DNA of 64,000 bases from Hemiscyllium ocellatum (taxonomy: Eukaryota): contig NW_026867508.1 of NCBI RefSeq assembly GCF_020745735.1, forward strand, positions 186,001 to 250,000, written 5' to 3'. This document shows, in pieces, positions 23,991-36,190 of the stretch (position 1 is the stretch's first letter; every line of letters starts with the position of its first letter). Under the pieces are notes generated by a model, which was not told where the DNA came from, did not search any database, and worked only from the letters and a program-made list of their open reading frames with translations. A program made the translations under genes and the position numbers.

Positions 23991-26479
23991 AGGTTTTTTG
24001 TTTCTCGTCTTGAGATCTACATGATTCTGGGCCTCACTGCCCAGTAATGGACTGCCTAGTCTTCCACATTCAGGTTACTTACATTGCGATAACCAGCTTT
24101 TGTACATGTCTTGTCTTGAAATTCTGGTTTTCATATTTCTACTTTATTAACACTCTAGGTTGGAGGCTATTCCGTTGTCTTTCCCTATTACTGCTTGCTG
24201 CCGATATGCAGGATTGTACATTCACATTATAAGTTCGCCGAACTCTCTCTTTACAGTTACTATCACTGGAGAGTGAGTTAATCTTTCTGCACATATTATA
24301 CCTGCGATGGTAGAGAAACTAAAAACTGCGTGGTAAAATGGAAATTATCTAAATCTGTGTCTTTTGTTATGATTGCATGCAAATATCCATTAATAGATCT
24401 GTTCATAATCTGCTCACGTCTGATCGCTTCGTTCACCAAGTTCCATTAGAAATTAAGTATCTGTCTAGACTGAGTTGATTTCACTTAAATTCAATATAAA
24501 TCTACACAGGTCCGTATTTACTCTCCAATCCAACCAGAAGTATAAGCAGAAACGTGTTTGAGGGTATATGTGGCAGCGAAGTGCACGTTGAGAAGCTGCA
24601 TAAGGTGAAAGAAGAATTGGGCACCGCTTTCGAAGGCTTTCAGCTGGAAAAGATCAAAGGTTCTCAGTCCATGTAGAAGATTGGATGATCCTGAATCAGA
24701 GCGTTATCCAGCGCAGAAACAGATCCTTCCATCCAATTCGTACATACTGACCAGATATTTTAAATTGATCTTGACCCGTTTGCCAGAATTTGTCCCATAT
24801 CCCTCTGAATACTTCCTATTCATGTATTTATCTGCACGTCTTTTAAATGCAGTAATGGTACTCGCCTCCACTACTACCTCTGCAGCACTTTCTATTACAT
24901 GCAACCTCCCTTGCATGGAAAGGTTGACCCTCTGGTCCCTTTCAAATCCTTCTCTCTCACACTCATACCTCTTCAAATTCCATGTTTTTCGTCACTTGAA
25001 GAGTGAGTAGGTGCATGGTAGTCACAAACCTCGAGATTCAAACCTCATTCTTTCTACTCCATCTGTTCTATTCACAACTGACAGCTACCACACAATTCAT
25101 TGACCTTTGTGTCTGCATTATTCGTGGCCACAGCATCCGTGAGTTGTTGTCATTTTGTCTGTTGGGAAAATTGTGGCCGCTATTGCACTGCTGTCATTAG
25201 TTGGAGCGGGAGTGCAGTGGAACTAAGAATCCAACAGAGTTTCTTCCGTCTGTACATATCTAAATAGACAAGCCTGCATTCACACATTGCCTTGAGATGC
25301 TCAAAGTTTAATTCCAGGCACTTCGTCCGCACCACATTGACCAGAGTCATTTCAAAGTGTCAAACTCATTTGTTCTAAATAAATAACCTTCTGTCATAAA
25401 TACTAAATCAAGAGCACACAGGCAAGACTATAATCTATTTACAGTCCTGATTTCCCTTTAGATGTCATTGATGTTAATTCATCTTGACATGTTGTCCAAT
25501 CTGACCATTCGTCAGAACTGAAGGGAAATATAAAATGATGATTTTTGAGTATTGTCAGAAGTTGGGGGAGAAAGAAGGTAAGAACTTTTTTCTGCATTTT
25601 CAGCCGTCATAGGTCAATGCTGAGTTCCACAATTTGATGAAACCCAAGAAACATCAAGCAGGTCTTTCTTGTGTCTGTAAATGGAATTGAAACAATGAGG
25701 ATATCGTTCTGAAGAAGCCTCATTCTGGGCCAGAAACATTAACTCTATTTTTTTCTTGCCATGTGTTTTTTCTGACGCACTAGGCTTCTCCAACATCCTC
25801 TCTATTAAAATTTCTTGAAATATTCCTTTAATTCCTTACATCGTTTTGCCTTTGCTCTCAGAGGAACTAATACATGTGGTCTATTTTTATAGGTGTCAGG
25901 AAAATATAATTTCCTTCTCAATGTCAATGTTATTATCTTTGATACTCTCGTTGTCGTGTGTTCTGGGCGGCCTCACAACATGTTGCATTAAGTCTTCTTC
26001 CCATTAGCTTCAACAACATGAAAGAAAGAATGAAACAAACAAACAAAAACAAACAAAGTAATTGATGCAGCATCTTTTATGAACCCAAGGATATCCAAAC
26101 CATTTTAGTCACAATTAAGTAATTTTTTATTTGTAATGTTGGAAATACAAAATCAATGGTGAGCAAAGTGTGATTCCACAAAAGAAAATCGAGCAGCAAT
26201 CTGTTTTCAGTTCAAACATATGATGGACAAATGTTGGTGAAGGGTGACAGGGATAAACTGTTTTTTTTCTAGAATACCAGCAGTGAAGTGTTACACACTC
26301 CAAATCAGAGATTGAAAACACTCAGTGGTTTAGCATCTCATTCAGAAAGACGCCGCATCTGATAGCTTATCATTCCTTTATCATTTGCAACAGATAAGTG
26401 TGGACGCTGGTCTGTGAGCATCACAATTCTGACTCAGTGAACGCACTACATCTGACACCAGGTAAAAAGAGGGGGAGGA

Positions 26480-27350
26480 TGCTGATCAATCAGTCATTCC
26501 AATCTTTGTGTTCCTTTTTCTCACTGTTTTATGCAACCAATGATCCAGGCAAAGGGAAAAGTTAACATTTTCTGCAGCTCCTTTCTGAATTGGATTGGGC
26601 AACTGTCAAAATGAAGAAATTGTTGTAAGAACAGAGCAATTGGCGCATGCTGGTCTTCTTTTGAAAGATCCATTGTGAGTCGGTGATATGCAGGCTGGTG
26701 AAATAATCCTTACCTGTAAATTGGACACAGAGGGAAACCCAGCATGCGTGATCCACAGGCAGAGCAAGCTGAGAGAGATTGGAAAGAACAACGAATGTCT
26801 TGCAGTTGGGCATCACTGGGTGTCTGCCAATCTCAATAACCCAGAATCACTTACGGGCTCAGCTAGCCACTAGATTACATGCTACAGTCAGGGCATTGAG
26901 TAGGAAAATGAAGGTGAATGGCAGACATGAGTTTAATAAATGGTCCAGCCAGTCGTAGACCTGCCAGACAGGTAACCTATGGAAAGTCGATTTGATGTCG
27001 CAGAACCAGGGTACTCCATCTAACAAGTTTAGTGGCTGGTGGATGAAATGGAAAGAACTGGTCCAAAGCACAGACTATTCATATGAACAGCAATTCAGTT
27101 TTCTCAGTGTAATATCTGATCTTCAGATTTTACAGCAGATGGTCAGAAAGCAGCCCATGATGAATGACACTTTCAGTCACACTGAACAACATGAGCAACA
27201 AAAACTAGCACAGTTCTGAATCTACACGCAGCGGTGGTAGAAAGCAGACGATACCTAAAGTAAAGGCGGGTGACCCGGTCGTGGATGACTGCTATGATCA
27301 TAACAAGGAAACCTGACACTGCTCTCGTCACGAGGTACTAGGGAATGCAC
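26480..27350 (-). pseudogene. GPR139/142-like class A GPCR pseudogene (copy 1)
   Basis: Minus frames: YLVTRAVSGFLVMIIAVI...LDGVPWFCDIKSTFHRLPVWQVYDWLDHLLNSCLPFTFIFLLNALTV, with multiple stops and frameshifts. Similar to 46290-47081. Confidence 0.8.
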
Positions 27351-27818
27351 TGAAAATGTCCACACTATTTTCAGCACAGGATTGCACAATCACCACCAAG
27401 TTGTTTATGAGGGATAAAAACAAGGATTTCTCTTACAAAGTGGGCTTAAGTCACCAACCATTGCCTGACCCAAGCTATTGTTGAAACTATCCAGATGTGT
27501 CTAGTTGCCAACTCCAAAGTTAATGCTAATTAATCCACACCGCATGCTCAGTTGAACATTTCCTAATACAGGTATCGTTGCAAATGTTGATTAACACAGC
27601 ATCCGCTGTATGATGCTCAGTCAATCCAATTTAGTGCTAAAAACATTTAGCTCAGTTATATTTGCTCATTGCTGAGTATGGTGATATGGCTATTCGGGCT
27701 TTTTTTAAACTGGTACAGACAATCAAAGGAAATGCGAACTGATGTAGTATTAAGCTAGTTTAAGCTAGCTCTGATTGTTGATGTGACTTTTATATCTGGT
27801 TACTGGAGCAATAGGAAG

Positions 27819-28145
27819 TAGTGGTGGCCCGGTGGCTCTCAGGGCCAGGGACCTGGGGTTTAATTCCAATCTTGGGTGACTGGCTGTGTGGAGTTTGCAC
27901 ATTCCAGACGTGTCTGCGTGTGTTTCCCTTGACTGCCCTGGTTTCCTGCCACAATCTAAAGATGTGAAGGTTAGGTGCACTAGTCATGACAAATTGCCCA
28001 TAAGGTTCAGGGATGTGTAGGTATGATGCAGTAGTCAAAGGGTGATAATAGGCTTGGGCAATGCGTCTCGGTGCATTACTCTTTGGAGGGTCAGCATGGA
28101 CTTGTGAAATTGAAGGGCCTGTTTCCATACTTTAGTTATTCTATG
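27819..28145 (+). mobile_element. HE1-like V-SINE
   Basis: Same head, core and tail as 21156-21425. Confidence 0.85.
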
Positions 28146-28959
28146 AAGTACAACACCAAAACTTTTTGTGGGACTGTTGAAATAGAAATTGATGACACAC
28201 TAAAATAAACGTTGAACACAAATACTCACCCTTGTTCTGATGTAGTCCACATCCACACATACTCCATAATTCACATTTTGGCTCATTGACAACAGGAATA
28301 TTGGAATGGCGAATTGTTTTTTGTTCAGTGTAAATAACTTTACAATGGCTGCTAGTTTGTGCTACTCATTTCGATTTGAACTTGCTGTTTACCTATTTTG
28401 TTGCAAGTGTATTGGGCATTCAGTTCTAGAGGCACTTAACAAGTTATAGCTTTTTGTTTATCCTCCAGTCATTTCTCTTAATTTCCTCTTAGATTTGTGC
28501 TCTCTTTACCCTTATGTCACGACCAAGTTGTCATTTTGTCACACTCTTCCACTCTTTAATTTACTGCACTCTCCGAAATTTCATTAATTATCCTGCAACA
28601 TTTAGTTTCAAATCTTTGCGACCTTCCTAGTTTCGTAAATTCACATCAACAAAGCTACCAGCACCACACAGCTTATTGTGGCCTCATTTTTGCAAATACC
28701 ACATTCACCAGTACCAATGCCGCTGCATGACTTCTCCTTCAGCAATCATTCAGAAAATCATTCATTTTTCTAACATAACTTTTTCTATTCCACATGGTCA
28801 ACACGAACTTTGACATTCAGCTTCATAATTTCATACTTCGTACAGATTTCAAAGAACCTCTGCCGTTTATCCACCTGCGCCATTTGTACATGAGTGCAAG
28901 GATGGGATACTCTCCTTGGAGATCCTCTCCGTCACAATTCATATTCCTCTCCCTTAGAT

Positions 28960-29330
28960 GACGTACTAAAATCTGGCACCACTCAGACAGCATATAAGAT
29001 ACTGAAGGGGATCGATACAGCAGATAAAGAGAGGAAGTATATTCTTGTTGAGGAATCTAAAACGGAGGGGCAGAGTAATGAAAAAGACAGTCCCAGTCTT
29101 TAGAGATTTGAGGGAGGACTTATTTTCTTTGAGGGTCATAATTCTTTGAGATTCTGTTTCCCTCAGTACAATGCCATCCAATTCATAGTGGCTAGATAAA
29201 GCGTGAACGAGACGGAATCTCTGAAAATGTGAGGTAGAGCAAATGGTGAGGAAGACTCAAACAACCAAGGAATAGATTGAGACAGCCAACCATATTTATT
29301 CCTAATGAATAGTGACTGAAGAACCAGCCA
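28960..29330 (+). mobile_element. CR1-type LINE 3' fragment
   Basis: AYKILKGIDTAD...EESKTEG...DLRRTYFL-type 3' RT remnants. Confidence 0.7.
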
Positions 29331-29464
29331 ATTGCAACTGGAAGTCATGCCACCCGAGTTTTTCAGTAAGTAAAGCCCCCTTTTGATCTGCGATCAGTCG
29401 CTGATATAAGACTATAAAAGCCATCGTTTTACACAGCGTATTATTTGCTGTTGAACTACGAACC

Positions 29465-29854
29465 ATGTATACTCTGTGTTATACGCTGATACTCGTGGCT
29501 ATGCTGCTCGGTGCGTCTGAGCTGAAACCGTCATTACATGTTTCATTGCTTTTTGCTGCACACATCTTTTTGATCCATTTTTTATCCATGATTCAGTTTT
29601 CCAGGATCCGTTTCAGTTTAACTTCATGAAGGACAGACTCTAAAACTGAACTGTAGCTACACAACAGAATCCTCGAATCCATCCAGTATTCCAGGGAAAC
29701 TCTTGAGATATTTGAGATCTAAAGGGGGAAGGGAGATAAGTCTCCAGAGTTTTCTGAGCAGCTTTCTCTAATTTGGACGAAGACAAACAAAGAGTTCCTT
29801 TCAGTTCTTGTCTCTGACTCTGCCGCCTATTACTGCACACTGCTGCCCATGCTG
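29465..29854 (+). pseudogene. TCR alpha/delta V pseudogene (leader 29465-29510, eroded V exon about 29605-29847)
   Basis: Leader MYTLCYTLILVAMLLG with a gtgcgt donor. V remnants EGQTLKLNCSYTTESSNPS, GDKSPEFSE and VSDSAAYYCTL. The FR2 Trp region is deleted, the frame is shifted and the RSS is degenerate (CATGCTG). Confidence 0.85.
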
Positions 29855-30572
29855 TTGTAGAGGTGCAGTCAAACAATAAACAACTCTTACCTCTACCCAT
29901 TCACAGATTCTGACCTGCGTTATGAATTGCTAACATGGTCAAAACTTACAAAAGCCACTTTTTCCAACGATTTCTTTCTGTGTTGCGTTCTGTACAAAAT
30001 CCTTCTTTACAGCTGTTGTATGTATTATTCATGGCACAACTCATTGCAAGACGGACTCCGAAATTAAGACAGCAACAAAATTCGTTATTGCACGTCACTA
30101 CCCTCACTCAAAGATTGACACTTCAGAGAACCATGCTTTCAGATGATATCTGTCTTGTTATTTGTTTGTATCCCAAAGAGCCGTCATTTTCGGTTTCTTT
30201 CAGAATGATGTTGACAGAGTTGTGATCTTAGATTATGCAAGATCTTGGATGCACTGTAGATCACAAATGTCCGATTGAATGGCAGAGCAGTCTAAAGGGC
30301 CAAATAGCCACCTGCAACTCACACTGCGTTCATGTGACTAACTCTCTGTGGTCATTGACAGGAAAACAGAGGCTTTGTCAGCTGATTGTGTGTCACAGCG
30401 TGTCTGCGTCAGATATGAATCAATCGTCATCGAATCCGGACGTGACGTCTTCCCAATTTTGATTTGAAACTGGTCAGCTTCTGTATCTTCTATTCAAACC
30501 CACAATTGGCTCTGAGCTGATACCGTTCATTTATAGCTCGCTCTGTTTAAACCCACTGATTGCTCTTTAAGG

Positions 30573-31079
30573 ATGTCTCCTCATATTACTTACTTATTCG
30601 TAACCGTAACAGTTCTCTTAAATGGTAAGTTGCTGAGTTTTAAAACGTACGCAATATGGGATCAGCAGTCTCCCCCTTCAGCTGTCTTTCACTGTATTAT
30701 GATACATGTCTTTAATTTGAAAATAGTTATTAGAATCGTCCATTAAATTCATTTTTTTCTAAATTTCAGTTGGTGTCAATTGTGCAAACCATGTCTCACA
30801 GAAGCCGGTTACAATAGCACAGATTGAAGGAGATTCGGTAACTATTCATTTCAGCTATTCAACCACTGTTGATTCATATTCCTTACAATTGTACCGCCAA
30901 GATCCGGGTACACCCCCGACATTCTTGATCTACATCCCTAGATACGGGGAAGTCTTCAAAGCAAAAGATGTTGGCGATCGATTTTCTGCATCTCTGGACA
31001 CTTCCAGTACGGAGGGGAATTTTACCATCAGCAGACTTCAGCTGTCTGACAACGCGATGTATTACTGTGCGCTCAGAGA
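30573..31079 (+). CDS. TCR alpha/delta V segment with open frame but Cys23>Phe and Trp41>Leu (ORF-class V; leader 30573-30624, V exon 30770-31079)
   Basis: Spliced product MSPHITYLFVTVTVLLNVGVNCANHVSQKPVTIAQIEGDSVTIHFSYSTTVDSYSLQLYRQDPGTPPTFLIYIPRYGEVFKAKDVGDRFSASLDTSSTEGNFTISRLQLSDNAMYYCALR, with canonical splice sites. Confidence 0.92.
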
Positions 31080-31118
31080 CACAGTGAGTGGAAGTAGAGG
31101 GAGTCTCGTACATAAACA
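31080..31118 (+). other. 23-RSS
   Basis: CACAGTG + 23 nt + ACATAAACA. Confidence 0.92.
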
Positions 31119-32092
31119 CCGCCCAATGTAACAAAATGCAAAGTGTGGCTGGTATAGTTGGGGGTACAGTCGGAAATAACATTTACTTCCTCAATTTATA
31201 CAAGAATTCACTGAATTCAAATGAACCAAAGCAATTAATAAGGCGACAGCATTGGGGCAGGTGTGTTGTCCTCAGGTGATATCGAATACATCTTGAATAA
31301 AATGCAAATATGTGATTAGCGAATCTATGCCATTCTGAAAATTAAAATCATTGTAATCGAATGACTGTCAAAAATATTCCAACCGGTAAAGAAGGTGTTT
31401 AGAACAGAACATGAGGCAAAGGTACTAAATCGTGTGGAATGCAGAGGAAACTGAAAACCGTACCTACAGTCTTATGTGGAATATCTAGATTTGCAAGAGA
31501 AATTTTATCAATCTCAAAGGTATATTTTCAATTCTGCTTTTGAACACGGGCTGATTTCTGATCATCCAATGTACATTTTGGGAAATTGGAGCTCACTATT
31601 CCTATGAGGCAGATTATTTCTGAAGTTAGCTTTGATCATTTGCTTGCATTGATAACAATCATTTTTGCGCCTGCCAATATTGTAGAGGCTTAGAATTAAT
31701 ATGTGTAAGTATCTTTAATACGGAGAGGCCTGTAATCAGGTTTGTACAATTGTCTGGGCTTTCACTGTACGTACTTCAGTGTCCACAATAAACTGTAATT
31801 TAAATTTTAAACTACCCTTCCTCTCTGAAACTACGAGAGCATATCTCCTTCTAGAAAGAAAGGATTTTCTTTCTTTATGACGAGTTCCAAGAGATCGCCA
31901 AATCAACAGTACTCTTTTATTTCCTGCTGCAGTCACTACCAGCGTTAATAATTGACGTGAATATTTTAAATCATCTTTATATGCACTATGCTCAAGGCTT
32001 TTCCGCACTGGTATCTACTGAAGTAACAGTGTGCGACATCCTGTTGAGAACAGCCTTCGACAGGCAACAGCTGTGACCCAGAAACCTGCGGC

Positions 32093-32131
32093 AGTTATTG
32101 TACGAGGCTTTCACTCGTTCTCATCACAGTG
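32093..32131 (-). other. 23-RSS
   Basis: CACTGTG + 23 nt + ACAATAACT after the V exon. Confidence 0.9.
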
Positions 32132-33339
32132 ATGCTCATTGCACAGTAATACACCGCGGTGTCAGACGGCACCAGCTCCGATATTGTCAATCGGTACAAC
32201 TTGTCAGATTTTTGGATTGTATCAGCAAACCGGGTCTGAGCAAAATCCGCCTTAAATTCACCACCTCCGCTCTCGAGCCTCCGGACTGCGAACTCGGGTT
32301 GCCTGCCCGGGTACTGACGGTACCAGAACAAGTAATAAGCATTGCTGGTGTACGTGCAGTTTAAAGTCACATCTTCTCCCTCTGTCTGTGTGACCAAGAG
32401 CTCCCGCTGACTAACAGAATCTCCATCGCTCAGACCTGGAACACAGGGTTAAAGAAAGCGGAAATCGTTGATTAGATGTACAGTTAAAAATGCATGCTGA
32501 TGGCTAAAATGTCGAATTCCGTTTGATGTAAGTTTAAACAGGAATGTTATCATAAAACAAAAAAAAAGTAACTCCAGGTGCTGGAAAGCTCAGTTGTGAA
32601 GAAATGCTACTGGATCCGAAACTGCTTTAATCCTGTTTTTTTTTCTCCAAGATGCTATCAAAGTTATGGAGTTTTCCCAGCAATATCTGTTTTCTTTTAA
32701 TATAAAAAATGCTTCAGAAAAAGTGGAAAATATTCGTTTTAGCAATCCACACGAGAATCTACCTTCCCCCTCTTGCTCTAATTTTATTTGTATGTCCATC
32801 TTTCGATCTCTTCATTATCTGTTTAGAAGACTCCCTCTTCATGACTTTATGGCCTGACTCAACTCAACCTGATGCCAGTGAGTTTCATGTTCTGAAGCCA
32901 AAGCAGAATTTCCTTAGCTTTTCCATTCTATCACGTTTCTTACCCCTTTACTAAGACTCGTCGTTTTGGAATCCTGCATCATCTGAAACATTGTCTCCAT
33001 GTTGACCCCTCCAAAAACATTTGTCAATCTTATCTTTATTAGAGAAACTAAGTATCACGTTTTGGGTTGTACTTTTCCAAAGCTATCACCCCTTAAAGCT
33101 GGTATCATTACTGCAATTAATCATATCGTGTTTTGTGTCCCTATGTTCTTCCTGCAAGATATAGAGAAAATCGGTTCACAATGGCTGAAGTGTAAAGCAG
33201 CCAGAATTCAATATTTACTGAAAAAGATACGGGTTTGGATCACACATAGCAATAGACAAATTCAACACTTCTCTTCAGTGTAAAACTTCTTACCAATGAT
33301 GAATGCCACGGAAACCATCACGAAAACTGAGAACAGCAT
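32132..33339 (-). CDS. TCR alpha/delta V gene segment, apparently functional (leader 33294-33339, 858-bp intron, V exon 32132-32435)
   Basis: MLFSVFVMVSVAFIIGLSDGDSVSQRELLVTQTEGEDVTLNCTYTSNAYYLFWYRQYPGRQPEFAVRRLESGGGEFKADFAQTRFADTIQKSDKLYRLTISELVPSDTAVYYCAMS. All hallmark residues are present, with a GT/AG phase-1 intron. Confidence 0.93.
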
Positions 33340-33420
33340 TACTGCTGCTCTGGTTTCTGACCACTTGTTTGTGTCTCAGAAATCTGCAGAATATCGAATA
33401 AGAGAAAAAATGAGACCCAG

Positions 33421-33453
33421 AGCATTGGCTGAGATTAGTCTGACGTCACTTCC
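33421..33453 (-). promoter_or_regulatory. Putative V promoter: ETS-CRE composite plus CCAAT
   Basis: The minus strand reads GGAAGTGACGTCA (perfect CRE at 33441-33448), then CCAAT, about 100 bp upstream of the ATG at 33339. Confidence 0.6.
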
Positions 33454-35251
33454 TTCACAGCAAGCTGCGATGATCACAGAATCTGTTTGCCTATGTGTCA
33501 TTTTCGCCAAAAAACTCTATCTTTCAGCCACAAAACTTACATTCTGCTCGTCAGAAAAAAAGCAGGGTTGATATAGACAGCCTGGTTTCTAATAAACCCG
33601 ATAAACGTTAATCTGAAATATTTAACTCAAAGAACTACAATGTACAGGAAGATCCTTTGTTTATTTTATTCAAAGTGACTGATCAGACTGAATTTGTAGA
33701 TGGGTTTGGCTTCAATTAATTTCGTACTGCAGACACACAGGGTATTTTTTGTCACTTTCACTCAGGGATTGACGGTTGTTGAATGGATGAACTTTGGGTA
33801 TCTGAAGCCCGAAAGGGAACCAACATTGTGAGGTGGGCAGATGCAGTGGAGATTGTCAATTCGAAATGTGTTGGGATATTTTTCATGGGAGGTGGAAATG
33901 ATTGTCCAGGATTCCTCCTGCGAACAGAACACATACCAGTATTGAACGAACATCGTGAAATCGAATTGATGTTTGGAGGCTTTGGTTGAGGCATGTTTCA
34001 AAGAATGGAACCAGTTCTTTGAGAAATATGGCCACTTCATAAGAACGCAGGAGAAAGGAACAAAGTGGATTTATTCAGCAGACAACAGGATTTCCGAGAG
34101 ACCTTTAACCAATTTCGGCAATTAATTGTTTTATGTTTCAACAGTCAAAGTCAGAGAAGGAACACAGATCATGTTGCTCGAGGATCAGAAATGGAGGTCT
34201 CCAATTGACAGAGTTGTTGTCCGACTATGCGAGCTTCCTTCACCCCATGCAGACGGTCAGTGGGTCTGAGGAATTCGGGCTTAGTGATGAGGTGGATAAA
34301 CAGCTACCTTCGTTATTATCTAAATGAGAGTGATCTTTTTATTTTTGCTGTATTAACTGGTGAGATTAAATATAAACAGAATTCACTTTAGCTTTTATTT
34401 ACGACATTGCAAATGTAACTGATGTACCAATGCCAGATTCTCTGTAGTTCCTGAAAGAATATGGTTCGCTGCCTCATTTTGAAGGAATATTACAGCCAAA
34501 TATCTGCTTTACCAACGGCGCTCAAATGGCATAACGGATCTTTAAATAGACATTTGTGTAGTGTCTCTTTAGATCTGAATGGAAGTGACGAGAGAGCAGA
34601 GATGCACATTACCGCAGCTTCAAATATGGTCGGAAGTGCAAGTAATCCTGCCAAGTTTACAGATGACGTAAGTGCAAAACCACGTGGGGAGAACAAAAGG
34701 ATGCAGAGACTTTAGAAGAGATAGAAATCCTGAACAAATCCATGGTCACTGAAATCTCCAGAAATGCTGCACAATCAGAAAATCAAAAAAAAAGTAACGA
34801 GACGTGGTATCGAATTATAGGTTTTTGTGAATCGTTTTCGAGACAATTGGATTGTGTAACTATTAGTAAAATGTCAGTAATGTTAAAGGAAAGGCCACTT
34901 TCTTTCATATTTCATTGATTTATGATTAATTCTGATCTTTAATATCTGTGCATCACAATCGTTATACTTTGCATTCTTCCATTTCTCCTTGAATGGATTC
35001 TCATCATTCTGTCCTTTGCAAGTATTATTGCTGTATTTCTCCCATTTATCTTTCTTTCCATTACTGTTGTTTGATTTCATGCATGATCGTGCATTATCTC
35101 CACGCACATTTCCAATTCTCTTCACTTCTGACTTGTTTACATCTTGTTTCTGCACATTTTATATTTTACTTCTCATTCCCCTTAACCATCATAATCGCAT
35201 TCGTAACCTTGATACATCAAAACCAGGATGGCGGTCCTTCCACTAAGTGTA

Positions 35252-35290
35252 CATTTATGTTAAGTGAGTCCATCTGTTTGTAACACTGTG
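35252..35290 (-). other. 23-RSS
   Basis: CACAGTG + 23 nt + ACATAAATG. Confidence 0.88.
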
Positions 35291-35623
35291 CACTGGTCAC
35301 ACAGAGATAAGTGGCGGTATGACTAAATGTGGCGTCGCTCACAGTTAGGGTACGGTGTTTGTTGTCTGCACTGGTTGTAGTGGTGATCATGTTGTGCTAA
35401 TCAGCTTCTGTTGTGCTCATCACAAGACTCTAACGTGGCTGACTCAGGAGCTGTCTGTACCAACGCATCGTGATAACTGCAGTGGTGTGAAGCAGTTGAA
35501 GAACTTGGTTCCCGTTTCATTAACAACTGTCCACTGAGGACGTTGCGATACTTGATCTTCTCCAATCATTTCCAAGCAGGTCAATGTGGGAAGCAACAAA
35601 ATGACTTTGTAAATCTGAAGCAT
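35291..35623 (-). pseudogene. TCR V pseudogene with leader fused directly to V (no leader intron)
   Basis: Contiguous MLQIYKVILLLPTLTCLEMIG-EDQVSQRPQWTVVNETGTKFFNCF, then a 1-nt deletion, then TTAVITMRWYRQLLSQPR*SLVMSTTEAD*...HRTLTVSDATFSHTATYLCVTS, followed by a 23-RSS. Confidence 0.88.
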
Positions 35624-35944
35624 TGTCAAATTAATGAAAAGTAGAGTTAAGCAGCTGTTCACAGAGCTCCGTTTAGAACCAGGAAATAAATATTAAGTGT
35701 TAACAAGGATAAAAAGAACCCTCCTCAAGTCTCACTTTGAGCCAACTTCCTGTCTGAGTTAAGGAAGTGGTTGTGTCTTGTTGATTGTCTCTCTCTGTTT
35801 AGGTCACTCTGGCTCCAGTCCTCCAGTTCGATATTCATTGCAGACACTCACTGCCTTCTAGTGGAATTCTCTGGAAATTGCAAAGTAGTTTTTTTTTCAC
35901 ACTACAATGTCAACGTGCCGATGTTTGACTGGGATACACAAACT

Positions 35945-36190
35945 TAAAAATCGCACAATACCAGGTTATTGTCTAACAGTTTTATTTAAAAGCACAAGAT
36001 CTTGGAGCCCTGATTCTTCCTCAGGTAGATAGTGGCATGAGCTGCACGACATTTTGATTTTTTTTGCTGAAAATTCTGTGTTCAATGTTCCTGCCTGTCA
36101 CGAACTACCTGACGAACGAGCAGCATTCTAAAATTTTGTACTTTCATTTAAACTTGTTGGACTACAACCGGGTGTTGTATGATTTTTAAA
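35945..36190. mobile_element. Short element with inverted Penelope-pLTR-type arms (degenerate)
   Basis: Arms aaaaatcgcacaatacc...ctcaggtag and ctacctgacgaac...gttgtatgattttt are reverse complements of each other. Confidence 0.65.

Noticed and set aside
33758-34040. Overlapping ORFs with V-like or C-like words (QYWYVF, HFELTIS, PKPPNI)
   Set aside because: No correctly spaced Cys/Trp/YYC, splice acceptor or RSS, so I cannot support a V or C call.
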